NCBI GenBank assembly: GCA_048938385.1
Contig: JBHLMG010000037.1
Span: 1 to 11,940, forward strand
From: Promethearchaeota archaeon
GTDB lineage: Archaea > Asgardarchaeota > Hermodarchaeia > Hermodarchaeales > Hermodarchaeaceae
Length of the DNA: 11,940 bases
Reading direction: 5' to 3'
The notes under the pieces are model-generated. The model was not told the DNA's origin. It did not search any database and saw only the letters and a program-made list of their open reading frames with translations. Positions 6,364 through 11,940 of the stretch are shown here, piece by piece; the stretch's first letter is position 1, and each line of letters starts with the position of its first letter. A program made the translations under genes and the position numbers.

Positions 6364-7203
6364 CTAGATCTTCTTTAGCGATATTGCTTGTTCCTCGATG
6401 CGGTCGAGCCATTCATTGACAAGCGTGTTGAAGATCTGTGTTTGTTCGAGTTGGAGGCAGTGGCCGGATCGGTCGAGAACAGCGAAGGTGGCGCGGGGGT
6501 AGTGCTCGATGATGCTCCAGGCGTCTTGGTAGCCAACCCAGTGGTCTTGGCGTCCGACGAGGATGAGGACGGGATGGGGAAAGGGAGCAGGTTGGGCGTT
6601 GAGGTTGAAGCTGAATTCGTTGCCGTGGGTAAAGAGGGTGTTTAGGAATTCATGGTTGGCGAGGTTCACTCCGGGAGTGATTAGGGGGTCGTAGCGGTGC
6701 CAGTGTTCGGGGGTTTGGATGACGGCGACTTCAGTGAAGCCGGCGCGCTCTTCGGGGGGTAGGGTGGCGAGAAACGCGTCGTCACGGACGAGGACGGTTT
6801 TGGGAGGGAGCGTGCGGTCGGGTTTTTCTGAGACAATTCGGGGAACAATTAGCAATAATCCTGTAACTTGGTCCATGCGCTGGTAGAGCACGCCGCGCGC
6901 TAGGTAGCCACCATAGGATAGCCCGACCAGGAGGAATGGTTGGTTGGGAATGACGGCGTCGATGAAATCGAGGATGACTTGGAGCATGTGGTCCTGGTTC
7001 GTAATCCAGTTGGGCGCTGGGGTCTGACCGTGTCCGGGTAAGTCGAGGTAGAATCGTTGCCAGCCGGGGCGTTGCGTGAATATCGGTTCCATGCATCCGA
7101 CCATGGAGCGATAATCGAGGGTGGAGCCATGCAGGAGGATTACAGGCTTCCCTTTCCCATGTGTGACATAGTGGACGGTGAGGTCTTTCAATGGGCATTT
7201 CAT
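6364..7203 (-). CDS. Alpha/beta fold hydrolase
   Basis: Motifs PVILLHG, YLDLPGHG, nucleophile GLSYGG, acid GRQD and catalytic His in RSGH. ATG 7203 is preferred, with GTG 7212 as the alternative. Confidence 0.95.
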   Translation of the reverse strand: MKCPLKDLTVHYVTHGKGKPVILLHGSTLDYRSMVGCMEPIFTQRPGWQRFYLDLPGHGQTPAPNWITNQDHMLQVILDFIDAVIPNQPFLLVGLSYGGYLARGVLYQRMDQVTGLLLIVPRIVSEKPDRTLPPKTVLVRDDAFLATLPPEERAGFTEVAVIQTPEHWHRYDPLITPGVNLANHEFLNTLFTHGNEFSFNLNAQPAPFPHPVLILVGRQDHWVGYQDAWSIIEHYPRATFAVLDRSGHCLQLEQTQIFNTLVNEWLDRIEEQAISLKKI

Positions 7204-7253
7204 TTTCTTCACGACAACTAACGGTAATTAATCTGAGGAAGGAAAATCGTAGG

Positions 7254-7520
7254 TTAAATTTGTGGTGATAGGGAACAGGTTAGTGCACAAGGGTTGCCTT
7301 CGGGGAGCCCGGTTGTTTCAGGTGGTGGCAAGGGAGTACTTGGGTTGCAATCGCAGAATCCGCCGCCCCAGAGTACGACCCATTCGCAAGGTAACTGGCA
7401 GAGTCGCGGTCTTGTGATGTTGTAGCTGAGTACAGCGAAAACCATGATGATGATTATGGCACTGATGAGGTAGACCAGGTATCGTTTGGTCTTGGGTTGC
7501 GTGGCGTTAGAACTCTCCAA
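7254..7520 (-). CDS. Small single-TM protein with Cys/Pro-rich C-terminus
   Basis: 88 aa. A basic patch (KTKR) and one TM helix are followed by CQLPC, CDC and CALTC. It fills the gap between two co-oriented genes. TTG start. Confidence 0.62.
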   Translation of the reverse strand: MESSNATQPKTKRYLVYLISAIIIIMVFAVLSYNITRPRLCQLPCEWVVLWGGGFCDCNPSTPLPPPETTGLPEGNPCALTCSLSPQI

Positions 7521-7567
7521 GAGATACTCTGGGTAAGAGTTGTATATGTCTGCGTAGGCAGCCCTCG

Positions 7568-8059
7568 TTATTCTGGCACCTTTTCGTAAACATAGATACG
7601 ATGCTCTGTGGTTTTATCGATGAATTCTTTGACCTTGATGTAGCCGTTTTTCTCGTAGAAATAGTGGTTTCGCTTGGCCCACGCTTGGGTCATGGTCTGC
7701 CAGCGGTCAGCAGGAAAGGTGTGTTCGATGAACTGGAGGATTCGGCTGCCGACGGCTTGGTTTTGGAAGGGAAGATCGACGAAAATAGATCCAATGTAGT
7801 TCCAGCGTTTTCTTGGAACATTGAGGAGAATGAGGAAGCCACCGATGATCGATTCGTTTTTCACGATTTTGTAGACGATGCCCTTAGAGAGCCACTCGCG
7901 AAGCCACGCTCCGGACTCGTAGCCTGGAGGGTGATCCCTAGGGGCACCTAGGTTTCGTTGAGCATCGTCATCGAAGGCACGGATCATCACCGTTGTTAAC
8001 GGAAGGATGTCTGCTTCACTGGCAGGTTCGAAGGCGAGATCTTTGAAAGTTGTCATCAT
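7568..8059 (-). CDS. GNAT family N-acetyltransferase
   Basis: Acetyl-CoA motif A IFVDLPFQNQAVGSRIL and C-terminal NHYFYEKNGY. Confidence 0.92.
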   Translation of the reverse strand: MMTTFKDLAFEPASEADILPLTTVMIRAFDDDAQRNLGAPRDHPPGYESGAWLREWLSKGIVYKIVKNESIIGGFLILLNVPRKRWNYIGSIFVDLPFQNQAVGSRILQFIEHTFPADRWQTMTQAWAKRNHYFYEKNGYIKVKEFIDKTTEHRIYVYEKVPE

Positions 8060-8142
8060 TCTTTTTTTCTAGCTCTCTTTACACTTCAATGTTCCCTGTT
8101 TGGCTAGTGTTTTTTTCGAAAGAGGGAAAAACCGTCGTCGTC

Positions 8143-8472
8143 ATGGCTAGGCAGAAATCCGTTCAGTCGGTGATTGAAATGAAAGGCTCGATTCAATCAA
8201 AATACAACATTAAGCCCTTTGTCACTCAACTCCACTTATCAGCGACTACGCAGGACCGCGCAGAAGCAATTCTCTCCGATGCGGAACGAATGTGTCTAAC
8301 CTCGAAGAAGGCTCCGGAGAGCCTCATGGCTGCAGCCCTCTATATCGCTTGTATCTTGGAAGGTGAACGACGCACGCAGAAGACAATTGGTCAAGTTATC
8401 GATGTTTCTCCACACACGATCCAAAGATGTTACAGGCAACTCGTGCATGTGCTGGAAATCCGATCTGGCTAG
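8143..8472 (+). CDS. Stand-alone TFB/TFIIB C-terminal cyclin-repeat protein (truncated TFB homolog)
   Basis: AEAILSDAERMCLTSKKAPESLMAAALYIACILEGERRTQKTIGQVIDVSPHTIQRCYRQL aligns with the second cyclin repeat/HTH of archaeal TFB. There is no Zn ribbon or first repeat. ATG 8143 is preferred because the longer ORF overlaps the divergent GNAT. Confidence 0.85.
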   Translation: MARQKSVQSVIEMKGSIQSKYNIKPFVTQLHLSATTQDRAEAILSDAERMCLTSKKAPESLMAAALYIACILEGERRTQKTIGQVIDVSPHTIQRCYRQLVHVLEIRSG

Positions 8473-9092
8473 TTTGTTGGTAAAATCTGTACTGGAAGAC
8501 TCAACTGATGCATCAATTTTTGTTTGCTCAAATCACGGGCTAGTTCTTCATCGTATGTGTCGAGTGTTGCTGAAGATGAAATTGAAGCTAGTGAAGGCCG
8601 TTTCTGCAACGACGAATAAACAAAGATGATTCCACCTATGATGCCTATGATGATGAGGAACAATCCGAACCCAATATAGACTACCACGCTCCGTGTCCAA
8701 ACCGGGTTGGCTTCAAACCAAGGAGAGGAGAAAGTGGCAAAGCCGTAACCGGTTGAGAGGATGCCCATTAAGCTATATATGATTGGAAGGGGGGTTTTGG
8801 AGGGCGTTTTGGAAGGCGCAATGATCCATGTGTTCCCGGTGACGGTGAGGATTATGATTGCGTTGATGGTTTCTTGCATTCTGATGAATTCTATTGTTCC
8901 TCCCCGGTATGTGATGAGGTCAAAGATCATGAACAGGGTGAAACTGCTGAGCCAAAATAGAATCGTGCCAACTGCCGGTCTCCACGATGGCACTTTTATG
9001 CTCAGCGTTCTGCGTATGAGCTCTACGAGAGGAATGAAGAGAATTGAGACCAGGATGAATACTAGCGGCCACGGGCTACCATATGATGTCAT
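8469..9092 (-). CDS. Membrane protein of unknown function (~5 TM)
   Basis: 207 aa with five hydrophobic segments and a polar tail. Its stop overlaps the convergent TFB-like stop (CTAG 8469-8472). TATA-like CTTAATAT lies ~35-40 nt upstream. Confidence 0.8.
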   Translation of the reverse strand: MTSYGSPWPLVFILVSILFIPLVELIRRTLSIKVPSWRPAVGTILFWLSSFTLFMIFDLITYRGGTIEFIRMQETINAIIILTVTGNTWIIAPSKTPSKTPLPIIYSLMGILSTGYGFATFSSPWFEANPVWTRSVVVYIGFGLFLIIIGIIGGIIFVYSSLQKRPSLASISSSATLDTYDEELARDLSKQKLMHQLSLPVQILPTN

Positions 9093-9271
9093 GAATCCCT
9101 CAACCCATTTCTTAATGGCGCTTAGATATTAAGCAATTTCTAGATGTTGTTCTAGCTTGCTTTAGAGTGCCAAAAAAGCTTCACTGATGGTGGCCAGTCT
9201 TGGGCTTCGGAAAACCTGGTGCGAATAATTAGTGTTAGATAGTGCTGTTGTAGCTGTTGTTCTGGAAAATA

Positions 9272-11017
9272 CTATGTGTTAATCATCGTACCGAGTTTGT
9301 TGCCGATGAGTTCGAGGAAGAGCGCGTCACGTTTAAGGGATTTTTCATCTTCGACGGTTTGGTTGTAACTGATAGTGTAGAGGGTTTTGATTTGGTGGGT
9401 GGTACTACGGATGCGTCCGAGGCTTTGTTCGTAGCGTTCAAGGGAGAGGGTGGTGCCGTAGTAGATACCTGTGTGGGCTTGGGGGAGGTCGGTGCCTTTT
9501 TCGATAAGGCGTTCGGAGGCGAAGAGGACTTTTACCTCGCCGGCTTTGAAGGCGTTGATGCGAGCGTGCTGCATGGTACCAGACATTCCGCCGTGGACAT
9601 TGGTGCTGGGGATGTTGTGGTGGTTGGCGATGGTGGTGAGGTGTTTCGTGGTGTCGACGAACCGGCATAAGACTAAGACGCGTTGGTCGTTTTGGGTGAG
9701 GCGGTCCAACCAGTACAGGAGGCGGTCTTGTTTTTTATCGGGGGCTTTTTCTGCCTCGCGGGTGGCTACTGCTTGTTGGATGGCTTGAAATTCAGAATTG
9801 GTGCTGAGGATGTAGTTGGTAATGTTGTGGATGAAGGTTCGAAAGGAGGGGAAGGTGCTTTCGAGGAGTCGTTGACGGGCGACGGTCATGAGGAGATAGG
9901 CTCGGGCTGAAGCTAGTACGCGACTCACTTTTTGGTCATCACCTGCATACTTGTCGTTAAGCTGTTGTTGGAGTTCTTGTTTGGCGAGGAGATCGGTGAT
10001 GAAAAGGAGGATACGGTCGTAGGGTATCTTAGGACGCCCTGTAAGTATTGTATAGGCTTGGTGGAGCGTTTTTAGGAGCTTTCCTTTGATGGTTGAAATG
10101 AGGCCATCGATTGTTGAGATCCAATCATCGAAGACCAGAATGCGTTGGAGCCGGTAGGCGGGTTTGTAATCTTCGAAATCGTCACCTATTGGACGAATTT
10201 CCGCAACGCGTTGGGGTCCGCTGAAGGTTGTTTTGAGTAATTCGATTTTTGCATCTTGAGAAAGGGCTGCGGTAAGGCCGATGACGATGCGATCTGAATC
10301 GGGGTTGAGAAGGTTTAGGAGGTTCAGAATGGGTTCGAATTTCTTATTCAGTCGATAGTTCCGTGCTGAAAATTCTCGAATCACATGGTCTCCTAAGCGT
10401 TGTTCATCGATCTCGTAGTTTATGGTTCCAGAGGCTTCGAGTTCTTGTTTAAGGTCAGAGATGATTTGGTTGAAAGTTCGGCCTTGTCCAAACTTTTGTT
10501 CGATGAATTGTATGGTTTCTGTACGAGGGCGTTTCTTGCCATAACTTTGCGCAAAGATATCTAAAATTTCGTCGATCACAACCACGCGAATTTTCTCTAG
10601 GGTGCTCCTTTGAATCCGTTTGCTCTTTCCTGATATGGCGTTTAGTAATAGCATTGGAGTGGCAAATAGGAACTTGGCTAGTTCGGCATGTTGCTGCATC
10701 ATTTGCGCAGGAAGAACCTTCTCTTCATCTAATAAGTAAAGATAACCGTGATTAGCTAGTCCGTATTGCTTCGCCATATCATAGAGTTGGTGCTTGAGTT
10801 TACGGTCATGGACCAAGAAGAGTACTTTCTCATCCGATCGAAGTAAGTCGCGTTCAATCAACATCTCGACAATCATGGTTGCAATGAAGGTCTTTCCCAT
10901 TCCTGTTGGCAGAAGTAACAAAAACACCTTCTGTTCGGTGTTCTCCAAACGGTCGATTACCTGATCTCGTGCGTTCAGTTGATACATTCGTGGTTGGAAT
11001 TTTTCTTGATCTGCCAC
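9272..11017 (-). CDS. SF2 DEAD/DEAH-box helicase-like protein (Hef/FANCM/Mph1-like architecture, atypical motifs)
   Basis: Q motif PRMYQ, Walker A LPTGMGKT, motif II VVIDEIL, III GLTAA, helical insert between the RecA domains, IV VLVLCRF, VHGGMS, V IEKGTDLP and VI YEQSLGRIRS. Confidence 0.88.
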   Translation of the reverse strand: MADQEKFQPRMYQLNARDQVIDRLENTEQKVFLLLLPTGMGKTFIATMIVEMLIERDLLRSDEKVLFLVHDRKLKHQLYDMAKQYGLANHGYLYLLDEEKVLPAQMMQQHAELAKFLFATPMLLLNAISGKSKRIQRSTLEKIRVVVIDEILDIFAQSYGKKRPRTETIQFIEQKFGQGRTFNQIISDLKQELEASGTINYEIDEQRLGDHVIREFSARNYRLNKKFEPILNLLNLLNPDSDRIVIGLTAALSQDAKIELLKTTFSGPQRVAEIRPIGDDFEDYKPAYRLQRILVFDDWISTIDGLISTIKGKLLKTLHQAYTILTGRPKIPYDRILLFITDLLAKQELQQQLNDKYAGDDQKVSRVLASARAYLLMTVARQRLLESTFPSFRTFIHNITNYILSTNSEFQAIQQAVATREAEKAPDKKQDRLLYWLDRLTQNDQRVLVLCRFVDTTKHLTTIANHHNIPSTNVHGGMSGTMQHARINAFKAGEVKVLFASERLIEKGTDLPQAHTGIYYGTTLSLERYEQSLGRIRSTTHQIKTLYTISYNQTVEDEKSLKRDALFLELIGNKLGTMINT

Positions 11018-11052
11018 ACAACGCCCTCTTTAACTGCTTTAACGAGCCTGCC

Positions 11053-11080
11053 CGCGAAATCGCGCTTTATATAATTTTGG
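11053..11080 (-). promoter_or_regulatory. BRE/TATA promoter of the helicase with adjacent palindrome
   Basis: Minus strand CCAAAA-TTATATAAAG (11080-11065), immediately followed by the inverted repeat CGCGA-N2-TCGCG (11053-11064). GAGGGG precedes the GTG start. Confidence 0.6.
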
Positions 11081-11125
11081 AAAAATCACACAATAGCCTC
11101 GATTGCTTAGACCTTCAGTGCCACT

Positions 11126-11137
11126 TAAGTTAGATGT
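11126..11137 (+). repeat. 12-bp direct repeat TAAGTTAGATGT, copy 1
   Basis: Identical to 11841-11852. Overlaps TATA-like CTTAAG. Confidence 0.7.
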
Positions 11138-11188
11138 TTTTTGCGGGTAGATGATGATTTTTTGTGTTCGGTGTGACTATGAGTAAGT

Positions 11189-11764
11189 ATGCAGAAGTAT
11201 CCTGACCTTCCTGATCGGCTCGAAGCAGACCGGGTATTTATTCAGCGTTACAAACAAGGTGACGGCGAGGGGTTGTTTGCGCTTCTTGAGCGGAACGATA
11301 ATCGGACCTTCCTTCAACCGAATGTGGAGGAAGTGGCCATTCTGACTACGGTAAACGCAGCTGAGGCTAAGGTGCGCCGGCACGCTGCCGAGTGGGTTGC
11401 ACGAGAACGATTTGTCCTGGGAATTTGGTTGAAACCAGAGCCGCTGTATGTGGGTGAAATTTGGATAGAACCGCAACGCTGGGAGGTTCCTTCTTTTGAG
11501 CTTGGGTGGTTTCTTGATCAAGGCTTTCAGGGACGAGGGCTTGCCACCGAAGCGGCTAAGCGATCGTTAGTCTTCCTTTTTTCGGATTTGAAGGCGCATA
11601 AGGTCATTGTAATTACACGGGATACGAACCCACGGAGTGCAAAGCTAGCAGAGCGTCTTGGGTTTACGAAGGAAGGACATCTTCGTGAATGTAGAGTGGA
11701 AAAGGGGATCCGTTACGGACACATCTACTATGGATTGCTACAAAGTGAGTTTACTAGTGAATAG
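11189..11764 (+). CDS. GNAT family N-acetyltransferase, RimJ/RimL-like
   Basis: ELGWFLDQGFQGRGLATEA...NPRSAKLAERLGFTKEGHLRE. Confidence 0.95.
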   Translation: MQKYPDLPDRLEADRVFIQRYKQGDGEGLFALLERNDNRTFLQPNVEEVAILTTVNAAEAKVRRHAAEWVARERFVLGIWLKPEPLYVGEIWIEPQRWEVPSFELGWFLDQGFQGRGLATEAAKRSLVFLFSDLKAHKVIVITRDTNPRSAKLAERLGFTKEGHLRECRVEKGIRYGHIYYGLLQSEFTSE

Positions 11765-11840
11765 TGCACAAATTCAAATTCGCTCGGTTTTTTGGGGCTT
11801 CTCCAAGTGGTGTCTATTAGCAAATTCGAAACTGATTTTA

Positions 11841-11852
11841 TAAGTTAGATGT
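11841..11852 (+). repeat. 12-bp direct repeat TAAGTTAGATGT, copy 2
   Basis: Identical to 11126-11137. Overlaps TATA-like TTTTATAA (11836-11843). Confidence 0.7.
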
Positions 11853-11893
11853 GAACACTTCTCCTCACCATTGTCGTGTGAAGGTGTTCTTCA

Positions 11894-11940
11894 ATGGAAA
11901 CAAGGCAGCTGAGCCGTCAGCTTGGAAAGATTCTACTTAC
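11894..11940 (+). CDS. Probable start of the next gene (partial; METRQLSRQLGKILL...)
   Basis: ATG 11894 is preceded by SD-like GAAGGTG and a TATA-like box, and the frame is open to the window edge. Only 15 complete codons are visible. Confidence 0.45.
   Translation, partial: METRQLSRQLGKILL

Noticed and set aside
8050-8142. N-terminal extension of the TFB-like ORF (MSSFFFSS...)
   Set aside because: It overlaps the divergent GNAT start, is T-rich intergenic-like sequence, and shows no TFB similarity.
884-11843. Other antisense or alternate-frame ORFs (e.g. 884..1195, 1189..1491, 4257..4451, 4635..5033, 6388..6645, 6782..7198, 7601..7951, 8761..9132, 9257..9670, 11177..11521)
   Set aside because: They overlap better-supported genes or the pseudogene and have no recognisable motifs.
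9130-11852. Integron attC array (GTTAGAT at 9234, 11129 and 11844)
   Set aside because: No properly paired RYYYAAC...GTTRRRY sites with internal dyad symmetry were found, and no integrase. Retained only as an alternative reading of the 12-bp repeat.
1-11940. CRISPR array, tRNA, rRNA, transposase or integrase
   Set aside because: No regularly spaced repeats, cloverleaf or rRNA-like sequence, or recombinase motifs were recognised by eye.

Overview
Archaeal genomic DNA. Supporting signs are a TFB-type cyclin-fold protein, BRE/TATA-like promoters, a Hef/FANCM-like SF2 helicase and an archaeal-type membrane-anchored wHTH regulator. An Asgard or TACK origin is plausible but is inference only. The window is an accessory-looking region of about 12 complete genes plus two partial ones, with no rRNA, tRNA, CRISPR, transposase or integrase recognised. 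Left to right: (1) a partial minus-strand gene missing from the ORF track (765..<1) built from tandem ~103-aa HTH-containing repeats; (2) a membrane protein plus wHTH pair; (3) a B-box-like zinc-finger/PsbP(Mog1)-like fusion; (4) an AT-rich segment with a secreted aromatic-rich protein and a strong terminator; (5) a decayed copy of the leader and first ~38 codons of gene 1 at ~4296-4490; (6) a membrane protein plus membrane-anchored wHTH operon with palindromic operator-like boxes; (7) alpha/beta hydrolase, small Cys-rich membrane peptide and GNAT; (8) a stand-alone TFB C-terminal cyclin repeat; (9) a membrane protein; (10) an atypical DEIL-box SF2 helicase; (11) a RimJ/RimL GNAT bracketed by a 12-bp direct repeat; and (12) the start of a further gene. 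All calls are by eye, and no database searches were run.
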